From contig NC_088853.1 of the NCBI RefSeq assembly GCF_963853765.1, forward strand, positions 3,224,001 to 3,288,000: a stretch of DNA of 64,000 bases, given 5' to 3'. The position numbers and the translations under genes are program-made. Positions 32,178 to 44,700 of the stretch are shown here, one piece after another. Every line of letters begins with the position of its first letter. Position 1 is the stretch's first letter. The notes under the pieces were generated by a model, which saw nothing but the letters and a program-made list of their open reading frames with translations, did no database searches and had not been told where the DNA came from. The DNA comes from Magallana gigas. Taxonomy: Eukaryota.

Positions 32178-32988
32178 GTTTGACTTCACCAACTGGGGTT
32201 CACAATCTCCAAATTAAAGTCATGAGGGTTGACCAATAAAAATCACGGTTTTATCACCCCTTTACCATAACTTTGAGCACTTTTTCTCATCTGGGGTTCA
32301 CAATCTCCTAATTTGTGGCGTGAGGTTTGACCAATAAAAATCACGGTTTTATCATCGCGATGCTGAGGACTAAGTTTGGTAATAATAATACAGCGGTGGA
32401 TCAAGGTTTTTTTTTTTTTTTTTTTTTTTTTGTAAAGGGAGGGCCCGGGTTCCAGTATTATTATTTTTTTGGTTTTCAAAGAGGATGTGGAGGGCTTCAC
32501 TCTCAAAATACTTTATTTTTACCCTGTTTTGGTAAAATTTTCTGTATAAATGTAGACACTAAATCTGTGTTTAATTCATAGCTTTGGACATGTTAAGACA
32601 GTAATTATAAATACAGTAGTTATAAAACAGTATTTATCTGGTCACATTGTACTTCTGCGCAGGTATGTCGTGACAGAGCGGTGTTTTTGAAGTCAGAATA
32701 AATTTACCGGGTTAAATTAAAATGAAACCTAAGTCACATGAACATGATTAATTAGGTTAATTACATATGCATTGTACATGGTGTACCGTCACTTAATTAA
32801 TGTCACCTCTTAAATTCTAAGGATATTTTATTTTTAACATATCAAATTTAAAGGTTACCAAAATGAAAAACTCATGCAAGTTATTTATTACCACCTCCCG
32901 GAAAACCCTTTTCCTCCAATCACCACCTCGAGATTTTCCTCTTTGGAGGGTATATAAAGATGTGAAGGACTGCGGTCAATACACATCA

Positions 32989-34585
32989 ATGACCGAGATT
33001 AAAATCAACATGGGTGATGAGTACATTGCGTTTTCGTAAGTTTTCTTTACTTATGTATAACAATCGTTTTCTGTTTTTAAAAGCAAAATTAGTTCAAAAT
33101 CTGAATTCCTTCATTTTGTTTTGTTGTAAACGCATTACATGTAGTTTGATGCATAGCAGATATCCGTAGCTTAATATGTGCACAGAAATGCAAAAACCTG
33201 TCGTTCTTATAGCCCAAGCGTCCGTAGCTGTCATTCCAATCAAATGTATTTTAAAACAATTTGACTATTAGCTTCGCTGGGTAAAATATTTTGTTTATCT
33301 AAATTTCATTTAGGGGAAATTTTAACACGTTCAATCGAACGTCTATTCAAAAAAAAAAAAAAAATGAGCGCCCATGACGAAAATTTATCGGTTACATTAT
33401 TGAATTGGTGAATAATGTAAAGTTAAGTTAGGACAGAAGTCTTAGTTCTATGGGAAAAAAACCATGAATTCAAGGTTTTTTAGAGATTAAAAGAAATAAA
33501 AATATAACATTGTTATGATGATAACAGGATAGTTCTTTTTTACATGAAATAAAATAGTTATTTTTATTTATTTTTTTTTTTTGCTTTGATAATAGTGATG
33601 AAACAGATTTTGAGCAGCTATTGGGCAGTTTTGATGAATTTACAGCACAGTAAGTATTTTGTAATTGCATACCTACTAGTATGTTGTAAGATCTCACAAT
33701 TTGTGTGTTTAAAACGTTCTTTTTTATACGCTGTTTTCAAATCACCTTTTTTTCTTCAGTAGAAAAAAAGTTAACTTATTGTAATTTTATTATTAACCTT
33801 TTATCCTTTATATTTTTTTTTTTATCTAAAAGGTCTTCCTCTACTCTTTTTAAAAAAGAACCACCATCTGAGGCAGCAGGGTTTTCTCTTTTAAAGACTC
33901 TACTAACGCAGAATGTAAATGCAAAACCTACATCAAAAGTGGAGACCTTACCCACACCTTCCCTCACTAAAAATAATAGCGAGGGGAAAAAAACGAAACA
34001 TATGACATCAGAACTACCTTTCAAAAGGTTAGGACATCTTTACTCTTTGTTCATATTTTACTTAAAGAGTATCAATGATAAAAATATTTATTATTTGAGG
34101 TAATATATCTTTAAATATATATTTAATATTTAGTTACGCAACAACTACAAGTACCTTTAGTGGCTCAACATCGGGACCGGTGTATGATGAAAATCACCCC
34201 CCTCCTCAACCAGAAAAAGACAGAGTGATTAATGTAGAGGACTCCATTCTTACTACACTTCGGTAAATTATATATATATATATATATATACTCATGCTTT
34301 TACTTCCATATATTCCTGTTTTGTTATAATTTTTTAACCAGTCTTCTTTTGAATTTCTTTTTTTTTTTAAGACAAACAAATGATCAGAAGTTAAGAGCAT
34401 TGGAAAAAAGATTATTTGAACCAAACGTGGTTCAGGTAGTTGCGTCCAGGGAGTTCCATGTCCTACAAAAGTTGCAGAGGAGGATGGCTGATGATATGGA
34501 ACAGAGTGAGATAATAATGAATTATCTGGCAGACAAGTATGGTGAACCAGAGAAAAAACGTGTAAAATTTTCAACTCTTCAATAA
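32989..34585 (+). CDS. Spliced 147-aa protein of unknown function; exons 32989-33035, 33596-33649, 34134-34262, 34372-34585
   Basis: TATATAAA at ~32951; three phase-2 GT-AG introns; joined CDS is 444 nt and open; ends in KKRVKF; homologous genes at 39686 and 63379. Confidence 0.75.
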
Positions 34586-34728
34586 GGAAAAACTATTCAT
34601 GAAAACAGCGCTTTGGAACAGTAGATTTACCGAACGACAAATCGTTTGAGAGTACTGGAGAATGACTTACATCACGTTTGCTGGTTAAATAATACAATAA
34701 ATTTCGTAAAGAGCTTTGTAGTATTTTG

Positions 34729-34977
34729 TTAGTTTTGTTTCTCTGTCTTTAAGAATTTTGAAAGACTGATATGAAACCGTCTTATATCAATCTGTACAGA
34801 ATTGTTGACACACATTCGTGCGTAAATCTCGTTGGACTGCGGGTATTTATCCACATGTAGACAGGTTATAGGGCTATCTGAGTTGACGTTAGGTCTCAAC
34901 ATGCATCCCATTTGATCACTTTTCTGTTTCTCATGCAAAACACTCACCACAATACACAGAGAGGCTATGAGTGTCTA
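34729..34977 (-). pseudogene. Truncated inverted copy of the TM-PC4 gene
   Basis: 34771-34977 is the reverse complement of ~14409-14614 at roughly 90% identity; it stops before the KGISL part of PC4. Confidence 0.85.
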
Positions 34978-35082
34978 TTAAATATAATAATTTAAAGATA
35001 GTAAAACAGATACCTTAATAGTATGGTTTTCTCCAAGTCTCCTTTGGATCTCGGATGTCCTTACATCGGTTATATATGGATG

Positions 35083-35427
35083 AGACTAATAATGACCTTA
35101 TACTGTCATTGGTACCCTCAGACTGTTTTGACCTCAAACGGTTTGCCCTTGTTGTATTGACCTTGACGATTAGCCCTCAGACTGTTTCAAACGGTTTTGA
35201 CCTCAAATGTTTGTGACCTTGTAATGAGTACATGACCTACTTTATGACCTTGACCTGACCTTGTGGGGTGTCTTGCCCTCAGACGTTTATGACCTTGACC
35301 TGACTTTGACCTTGACCTGACTTTGACCTGACCTACTTCTTGACCTTGACCTTGACCTGACCTTGTGGGGGTGTGGTCCATATGACGTCACTGCCCCTAT
35401 AGCCCACAGACTATACCCCTTACTACT
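35083..35427 (-). repeat. Maverick right TIR (345 bp)
   Basis: Reverse complement of 13567-13905. Confidence 0.95.
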
Positions 35428-35535
35428 GTCGATGTTTCTTTTAATGTCTAACAACTTTGATGTAAAGTTTGAAACACTTTGTTCATATTGCTGAAATCCA
35501 AGATCAGTCATCTTCCTAGTCTGGCGAAGATCCAT
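35428..35535 (-). pseudogene. BEL gag N-terminus (first 36 codons) separated by the Maverick
   Basis: MDLRQTRKMTDLGFQQYEQ...KRN-ID joins in frame, through the TSD, to ID-SIIANTKHVDLAQG at 13566. Confidence 0.9.
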
Positions 35536-35566
35536 AGGATATAGCCCGAATTAAAGGATTTTTCAC

Positions 35567-36058
35567 TGTGATGTATATCGGCTATTTATTACTAAAATCC
35601 AGACCTCGTGAGAGGGTGAAAAACTGAAAAGTACAATAATAAAAGTCAGATTTTGTCTAATATAACAATTTCCAAAAATATGGCAGTAATTAAGCTGTGA
35701 CAATACTGAATTTTATATGACAAAACTTTACCCGACGACATATACACAGATAAATGTGTGACTAGAACATGCTAGCTAAACAGGCCTATGCCTATCCTAC
35801 ATTGCGAACACGCGCTTACACAAAACAATGCAGTTGCAGAATTTAAACAAAGTAAGAGATATTGCATGACATCGTTAGATACATAAGATCATAATGGACA
35901 TAAATTGACATGAATAAAATAAAACTTACTCCTTAGATAGGCCGAATTCCAGAAATTGATGCAAACAAAAACAGCAGGCCAAGCTCATGGCTGCCATTAC
36001 CGATAAAACAAAAAACCAAACCGGACGGAACGTATTATTCCGTTTCGAGAGCAGCACA
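35567..36058 (-). repeat. BEL 5' LTR
   Basis: 492-bp match to 7027-7518. Confidence 0.97.
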
Positions 36059-38101
36059 CCCCTTTAAGGAGTCAAAAAGTGGCCCCTCGGACCATAATTT
36101 TAAGATTGTACTCTTTATTCCTAACAATAAACTGAAAAGATTTTTAAAATCGGAAGAGAAATAATAAAGTTACAGCTAAAGTGCTGTTTTGTACGTTGGC
36201 CCCTGCAGATCCCTAATTTTCTCAAATTGTCTACCCAAAAACTTTTCCGGTCTGTGCATTGTGTGTACCATTATACATCTGAAATATTGTAATGTTAACT
36301 TGAAAACTTTTTGAGAAAACGAACGACGCGTGATTTTTGTTTAACATTGAAACTCCCATAGGGGATTTTCATTGACCTATAAAACCGGAAGTAGTCAATA
36401 TATGTCAATGAAACTCGGAATGTATGTTTATTACTTCTATCTTAACAATGGTAAGGTATAATTTAAATTTTTAAAGGTCATTTGAAATTTTTTGTTTTTC
36501 ATCCCCTCCCCCCCCTTTTCTAAAGTTTAGGATTTAATATCTCAAAAACGGTAAGATATAGAAAGTTGTCAACGCTTACAATTTTGTTCAACAAGACAAG
36601 ATGCATCTAATTCCAAAAGCTGAACGTTGTAATTCAAAAACTAAACAAAATATTGCGTTTCGTTCAATTTTTACAATTTTCCTTATATAAACCGGAAGTA
36701 CCGGAACCGGAATTCAAAAACCTTACTTTCCATAGATTGATATATTTGCTGTAAGACGGTTGCATAATTGTATCTATATACCTTCCAGTTTTATAGAAAT
36801 CGTTGACAAAAAACTGTCGAGAAAAATAATAATAACTAGAACTTTTTTTGTCTTCAACTAAAAGTAAGGGCTTTTCGACAGCCCCATTATCCCTTCTTAA
36901 TTAAATGTTCCAAAAAAAATATTCTCTAGTTTATTTCCAAGCGTTCTAAACGCCTTGGTATCCCCAGTTGCTTAGATAGGAACTTACGAGTAGTGCAATG
37001 TGAAAAGAAAGATAACTCCAGAACTTTACAGGTAGCTACACTTCTAATTTCCAGAGGAATATTTTCAAAAAATCATACTGAAGTAAGTATTCATTCCTCG
37101 GACACAAAACTTGGTATGCCTATAGTATTTATGCTCTACATTCTTACAGCAAAGCGAGATAACTCTTCTTAAAAACAAATTTGAAATCTAAACAAGTAAT
37201 GATCTTTGGGCCGTCCAAACCCCTATAAGGAGTCAAAAAGTGGCCCCTCGGACCATAATTTTAAGATTGAACTTTGTATTCTGAACAATAAACTGAAAAG
37301 AGTTTTGAAATCAAAAGAGAAATAAAACAGTTACAGCTAAAGGGCTGTTTTGTACGTTGGCCCCTGCAGATCCCTAATTTTCTCGAATTGTCTACCCAAA
37401 AACTTTTCCGGTCTGCGCATTGTGTGTATTATTATACATCTGAAATATTGTAATGTTAACTTGTAAACTTTTTGAGAAAACGAACGACGCGTGAATTTAG
37501 TTTAACATTGAAACTCCCATAGACAATTTTTCATAGGCTCATAAAACCAGAAGTACTCAATATATTTTATTGAAACTTGGAATATATCTTGAATACTTCT
37601 ATCTGAACAATATCTAGGCGTCTTATAAAATTTCTAAGGTTTTTTGAATTTTTTTTCTTTTTCATGCCCCCCTTATCTCAAGTTTGAGCCCTAATATCTC
37701 AAAAACGGTAAGAGATAGAGAAATGGCTACGCTTATGATTTTGTACATCAAGAAAAATATGCATCTAATTCTTAAATTTGAATGCTCTAACTATAAAAAC
37801 AATAAAGATATTGTGCTTCAATAAAATTTTAGTATTTTCCTTGTCAAAACCGGAAGTGCCGGAACCGGAAGTCCAAAACCTTACATACGCGAGCCATTTA
37901 AAATTGCTATAAGTGTATTGCATTGTTGTTTTAGTATGTCTTTCCGTTTTCAAAAAAATCGCTGACGAAACTTTGTCGAGAATAATAAAAAATAATAAAA
38001 CAGAACAAAAACAATAGGTCTTTTCGACCGAAAGTCGAAAAGCCCTAATAAAAAAAGACAAAAACAATAGGTCTTTTCGACCGAAAGTCGAAAAGCCCTA
38101 A
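36059..38101 (+). mobile_element. HINE-like element, 3' part: rest of unit 1, a second ~1.15-kb unit (36834-37990) and a duplicated 3' hairpin
   Basis: Units align; CTTTTCGAC-CGAAA-GTCGAAAAG-CCCTAA hairpin at 38020-38048, repeated at ~38073-38101. Confidence 0.7.
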
Positions 38102-38469
38102 TGAATAATTTCCAATGTGTGTACACCCATATCACACATCGATAGTATGAACATGATCTACTAATGTTGTCTAGTGCATGAGCTAACTCTTGAATGAATA
38201 TAGCATGGCATTGAAAAATACAGCAATACTAGTTACAAGATATTACTAAAATGATTTTTTTTTTTAAAACTCACTTCGGTGATCTTTTGGGAATGACTAC
38301 ATGGATGAGGCGCGTCATGTATATGGTGTAAAATGACGAACAGGTTTATATTATATAGCTAGGATATCGTCATTTTAAAAGAAAATTAAACACAATTTAT
38401 TTATATAATATTCGCATGGCAACACACACACACGAATTATTAGAGAAAAGGCGCGTAGTCCTCGTGCAG

Positions 38470-38930
38470 CTGGTACTTTTCTAAAAGGTGATTAAATTTA
38501 AAAAACAAACAAACAAACAAAAAAAAACTCGTTTTGAAAATCAAGTGTTGCCATGGCATTTTCAACTTTAATGAATGAATTGAAAACAATAAACCAGGTG
38601 TAATAATAATAGAATTTTAGCATACAAACAAAATGTGCACGAAAGTTTCTAATAGATGTTCTAAAAGGTGATTGAACTTTAAAAACCTGGCTTCGGAGAT
38701 CAATAATTTTGAACTAAGCCTAAGATGTAGAAAACGCGCGCATGGTCATCATCGTGCGCGCGATAGTTTCTAAAAGATGTTCTAAAAGGTGATTGAACTT
38801 TAAAAAACCTTGCTTCGGATATCAAGTCCCGCTATGACCATTAAACTTTATGTAGATGTAATTCTTATAGCATTTTAGCAAAGAAACACATAAGATGTAG
38901 AAAACATGCGCGCGATAGTTTTTTTTTCCG
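38470..38930. repeat. Imperfect tandem repeat block (TTCTAAAAGGTGATT x3, GCGCGC motifs)
   Basis: Motif at about 38480, 38660 and 38781. Confidence 0.6.
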
Positions 38931-39685
38931 AAGATGAAATAAAATTTTTAATTTGTTTGTGTTTATTTTTAAACATATTTAATTGATGAAATCAAAAGAA
39001 TTTGGAATTAATGTCCCTCTAGATCTCCTAAAGATTTATATTACAAAACGTCATGCTAGATATCAAACAATACTACTTGCAAAAATTAAGTACATAATGT
39101 CATGCTTGTTAATAAACGATAGAGATTACTTGTTCAGTAACTTATATGGCATCTACAAAGTTTTATCTATAAATCTGTGTACAGCAGTAAACATGTTTAA
39201 ATATATTAGTTTGCAAAGGAAAAGTATTATCACCACATAGTAGCAAATTAATAAAAAATGTCGATTAAACAAATAAGTAATTCTTACACGGATTTGGTCA
39301 TCTTTGTAAATGAGGTGGGAAATAAAGAACCATGCAATTTTTATTAATTTAATTAAGTGGAATACGTATATAGGATATTCCTTTTTTCATATTTAGGATA
39401 ATATAATTGATAGGTAATAAAATATTATATATTATGTATTGAATAATTATGGGATATACGATTTCTTACTACACCACGTACAGAAAAAAAACGCGCGCAT
39501 AATCATAAAAATTGCGCGCACAATCATAGCGTGCGCGCTGAATTTAAATGAGACAACTTCTAATTTACATAGAAACAATCGAAAGACTCCAAACGCTGCA
39601 CATATCGCCCCCTAAAAAAATCAGTATTAATAAAACGGATATATGTAAAGTAAACCACAGTGAAAAAGGGACTCTACTGTTACAG

Positions 39686-40830
39686 ATGGCGAAAGAATTT
39701 TTCAACGTTATGTAAGTCTTTATCATTTTTATTAAAATTATCTACATGTCTTTTAAATGAATATTTATTGGACACAAATTTTTGAAAACACGGTGCAACC
39801 TATGCCGACGTTATTTCAAATTAACGAAACATTCTCTACCAAGTCTCGCACTTCACCTTGTAAAACGACAAATTAGTGAAGTAGATAACTCTGGATAGAG
39901 ATTTATCAATCAAAAAATAATCCTAGTTATCTTTTTTGGATCACTGTCTTTTCAGGGATAACAAGAAGAGTGAAAACACCATTACATCTTCACTTGGAAG
40001 AGAGTTTCGAGACTTTGAGAAGGAATGGGTAGAGCTGGGTCACAACTTTTCGGTGATCTTTAATCCAGGGTAAGTTCTGACTTTTTGACATTTTTTTTAT
40101 TGTTTTGATTTCTTATTTAAGCGCCATAGATAAAGTTAACAAATACAGAAATTTTTAAATCAAATTGATCGAGTTCTTGAAGTTTTTATATATTTTTCTT
40201 TAAACAAGAAATTCTCCAAAGCATGGCGAAGAACCAAATCCCTCACCCTCAAGAAAGAGGACAATTGAGGACGCAGAAGATTCTCTGATTCTTCACAGGA
40301 GGTATACATTTTTATGTCGTAATTAATCAAAATAATTGCATATAATAAATAAATACATCCCCGTTTCACCGGAATACAGCCCCGCTTCACCGAAATACAT
40401 TCCCGTTTTACCGGAATGCAGCCCCGCTTCACCGGGTCCTGAGCTACCAGAATATAGCCTCGCATCATTGGAATGCCTTACTTCTGCGCTACAACCGGTG
40501 ACAAGAGTAAACCCATCATCATCATCATCATCATCATCGAGATCTATGATGCACCGGGATGTTTGAGTTTGTATACATGTGTAAAGCTTTTAGTATTTTC
40601 ATAAGTTACTTTATAGCTGTTATTACTTTATTGAATTTTGAAGAAAAAAATTATTAGTTATCTTTCCGTTTTTTCTTTGGTATTCAGATAGGGGGACCCT
40701 CTAAGATTAAAAAAAACTGGAGGAGAGGGTAGGGGTAGACAGGTCTGAGTTGGTCTGTAACAACTTCAAACAACGCAATTATCGGGTACTCGCCCCGGTC
40801 GCCACCCCGTCGTGCAGCAGCAACAACGCA
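39686..40830 (+). pseudogene. Homologue of the Maverick 147-aa spliced gene; exons 39686-39711, 39956-40069, 40209-40301, 40688-; the last exon has a stop and a frameshift
   Basis: 26-nt first exon + GTAAGT, phase-2 introns; EDSLILHRR vs EDSILTTLR; (*)GDPLRLKK-LEERV..RNYRVL vs QTNDQKLRALEKRL..REFHVL. Confidence 0.65.
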
Positions 40831-41790
40831 ACTATCGGGTACTCGTCAGATGATTTTAACACTACACCTATAATTGGTGTAGATTATTTTACGACGGATA
40901 GTTGGCGAATCCTCATGTAAATTTTTTGCTGAAACATATATCAATTTCTTGCTGATTTTGTTCTGAATATTATCAGAAATTTTTCTGAATTCTATATCTG
41001 AAATCTGACTGACTGCAATATTGCAGCAATTTTTCAGTAAAATAACAGCATCTTTTAAGGTGGAAGGCTACATCGTCACAACATGTCTGACTTCCGTTCG
41101 AAACGCCATTGTGTTCCGGATTGATAAGATTATGTCGTGGTACAAAAAAGCTATACACCGTTTAATTGAACTCTTCTAACTAAGGAGATGAGATAGGAAT
41201 GAAATCACCAAAACGCTTAGAAAATATGTCAATTTTCTTCATGTTTAAAGCTTTTAACTAACATTGATTATCAGCTGTTTTGTACGGAAAACGTGGAATC
41301 TAAATAAGATACCGTTTCCCTGCTCTGCTGCTATTGGCAATACATTTTTGTCATGTCATCTGCAACAGACGATCATACATATGTGGCGGATTATCGATAT
41401 AGGTAAGCAGATGTCAAATTTTCATTTAAACTATATATGTATGATGAATATAAAACGAAAGTACCGTAGTACGATCTCTTGAATTGATCCTAACTTCCCA
41501 AATTAAAAAAAAAAATTTGCAGTAAAAGACTTTCACTGAAACTTTGACATTAGTTAAACTAATGTATTTTGATTAAAATAGATACAGCTAGGTAGCAATA
41601 GCAGTGGAAGCCCGGATTTGCAAGCCAAAATGAGGGAAAGACAGAATTCTGAAAAGGAGCATGTTTTTCATTTCCACACATGCATGTGTATCACTATGGA
41701 CATCTAATGAATGTATTAATGTGCGTATGGTTGTTGTTTATAATTGCTATTGTACATAAAAAAGTAAAAGGCAATTTCTAATATAATTAA

Positions 41791-44700
41791 GGCCAAAAAA
41801 AATTAAATACTTGGTTCTCAGGCCAGTTTTGTCAAAATTAAATGAGGGAGGGAGGCTTTTTTTTTCTTTTTATCCAATAAAAAAATGACGAGGGATTTTT
41901 TTTTTTTATTTTATTTTCAAAATCCGAACTTTTAACAACAGCGCTTCAATATGTGCATTGGACATTGAAATTGAAAACATTTACTTTCTAGTTTTCTTTC
42001 TTTTCTCTCTAGCATTTTCTACATTTTTTCTCTTGAATGGCAAAATATGGTTTGCTCTACAACTTTCACAAGTGGGATATGCCCCTTCAATTTGCTCAAC
42101 TGCTTCATCTGAGCAGTAAAAGCAAATTGAAGGAAATATGCCAGCACTAAAATATGGAATTTCAACTGGACTTGTGCAGTGTAGATTAGCTCTGACAAAT
42201 ACACGATCAAGAAGGGCAGAAATCTTTGGAGCCCTTTCTCTCTCTTGTGGCATGAGCTCTTGAAGCTCACATCCACAGGAATATTGATAAAGATCCAAAA
42301 CACGTTTCAGAATCATTTGGTCTTGCGTTGTAAGTTTGTGAGTAGAATAAATGACTCTTGGTTTATCACATGCAATACACTTCACAGTTTTGCCAACAGT
42401 TCTTGCAGTTTGAGCAGAAGGAGCAAAGGGTATGCCATGACTGTTTGCAGCAAGCCCTGGCACTTTTTGCTGTAGTGAAGGACGATACTCTTCTGTGGTA
42501 TCTGTACCATAGACTTCTTCAAACCCCTTATAATGTCCATCCTCTCCTGTGAAATACATGGTAAAATTGACACTTTTTCAAATCAAATACTTTCATAAAT
42601 TAAATACATTCAATTTTTACTGAAAATTACTAAATCTATTTAATACCTGGAACTGGATCTGGAAATGCATGTAGCTGGGAAAAAACATCAGGAGGCAGGC
42701 GAGGTGGAAGGCATATCTGACACTCTGGATTCCCACACTTACGAATAGTGAAGAAATAGGACCTGGACACTGTACAGTGATCTAAAAATTCCTGAAGCTT
42801 GGGCCTGTCAAGGAAGAAAATGATTTATTTTTGTTTCAAACAAGATTTTTATTAAAAATTGTTTTTACGCTTTGTAAATCAATTCTGTTATTTATACCAG
42901 ACCAGAAATTTGATATGTAGGTATGATGTAAGTTCACAGTATATATAATACAAAGAATATAAAGGATTTAAACATTTAGAGACACTTAGAGAGGTAGTTT
43001 GGTTGAATACAATCACCTGTTTAAGGACCTTGAAGTTACTTATATAATAGTACACCGATAGCAAAAAGAATTTGATTTAGCCCCAAGTTAATAGGTAAAA
43101 AGCTGTGCATATCAATATTTGCTACCAAGCCGTGCAGAAAAAAAAATACTCACCAGCTGCTTTCTGTAGATGTATTGCAATATTTTAATATGTATATATT
43201 AAAACATTTAAATATATACCTGTACATGTATTCTATTTTGGTGGAGAACAGCTTTCACTAAATCTAATATATCTCTAAGCATGCTATAAAATGTCATGCA
43301 TTCAAGTCATTAATAGAATTCTAAAATCAAACTTTCAACATCATTTTCTTTTTCAAAACATTAGGCTTACTATTAAAATCATTTAATACCTGTCCTTAAG
43401 TTCTTTTTTCAGGCTTGGTTGTTTCATATCATTTCCTAAGGGAGGGCCAAACTTTTGCAGCTGTTCCCAAAGGGCTTCAATTGCTTCCTCTGTAGCAGCT
43501 GTGAAACATTTGAACTTCTTGTCCTTCAAATAAGGTCTCCTGAACATCTGAGTAAGAAGGACCTATGAGGGATAAAATTTGATGTAAATGTGATAATCAT
43601 ATATACCTTTACTGTACATCTACTGTTATTGCTTAGATCAGAATTTCTTTCATTAAAAGTGAATGTACAAGATCTACATATTTTTAATAAATACCTTTAC
43701 TGGCTCAATAGAGTCTCTCATTTCTTGCCGCATTGCGGGATCCTTTGCCACTTCCCTGAGCTGTCCTAATCCACCGGCTGAACGTAACTTTTTTTCACAC
43801 TCATCTGAAGCCTCTGATCTCATTAAGCCCACAGCCTGAAGTGCTAGATTCAAGATTGACATAATGCGCTCAGGTGGGTTTCTCCATGATCCCATGGGTG
43901 GAGTCCTTGCTGCTATCAACATATCAAAGTCTCCGCTCAAAAAAAGACAAACCAGCGATAGCTGTACTGACAAATAGGTGAGCCGATGATCTGGACCACC
44001 ATCTGTATAAAGACACAATATAGGCTTAGAATGCAATTCCTCATCCAATAAAATCTGCTTTAGCTCAGCAATGTGCCGCAGTGGTGAAGAAGGCTCAAGG
44101 ACCAAATCTTTAACACCAACATAAACCTGTCCCCTGTAGAAGGATCCCTCTTCAATAGATTCAGGTATATCTACCAACATGGTAACACTTGGGACCACAC
44201 TAAATTTAGTGAAGTCGTGGTCAGATACTGCAAATACTTTGTCATCAGCTACTACAACACGTTTCCCTCTGTCCACCGCAGCCACAGGATGCCCTGGTTC
44301 ACCAACCTTGCAATGATGTTTATCGTCCATACAAACAAATACGGTAAAGTCACGAAACTTGATACAAAATTCTTTCAGATATCTGAATATGGCGGATGCA
44401 TAATGTGTATCTTCATGAGTTTTACGCAACTGTCTACTCTGTACTTGAAATTTCACTTGCAGTTTGCCAGTAAACTGTAAAGAAGCATAAGTTGATACAC
44501 ATTTGGGTGCAAATTGCAGTCTGAGCCATTGTTCTGAAGGTATAGCAGTTTCTGGTGGACAAGTTTCCTTTACACAACGCAAAAGGTCTGGAACGGATAT
44601 TGCTTGTGCCAAGTGGGTCATCTCATCATGACGTCTCTCATCTACTGCTGTCTCGATAACGTTTTCAAGATATTGTTTTGCTTTCTCGAAAAAGGCATCG

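Larger units (their letters stand above)
13567..35427 (+). mobile_element. Maverick/Polinton (adintovirus-like endogenous virus), 21861 bp
   Basis: AGTAGT...ACTACT termini, ~340-bp TIRs, 6-bp TSD GTCGAT (13561-13566 and 35428-35433), integrase, mCP, MCP, protease, ATPase, pPolB. Confidence 0.98.
7027..36058 (-). mobile_element. BEL/Pao LTR retrotransposon, full length, interrupted by the Maverick
   Basis: Two 492-bp TG...CA LTRs, 5-bp TSD CCCCT (7022-7026 and 36059-36063), PPT at 7519-7528, Gag-PR-RT-RH-IN order. Confidence 0.97.

Noticed and set aside
35187-35427. RS-repeat ORFs (RSRSRSRS) resembling SR proteins
   Set aside because: They are translations of the AGGTCA arrays in the TIR; the 35287-35535 ORF is BEL gag reading into the TIR
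38101-38250. Degenerate signal-peptide exon as the minus-strand partner of the 39686 gene
   Set aside because: Needs a frameshift, has no clear donor or start, and no alignable Cys pattern
40845-41110. Minus-strand ~85-codon frame (MAFRTEV...) with one stop
   Set aside because: No motif or homologue recognisable; cannot be told from chance
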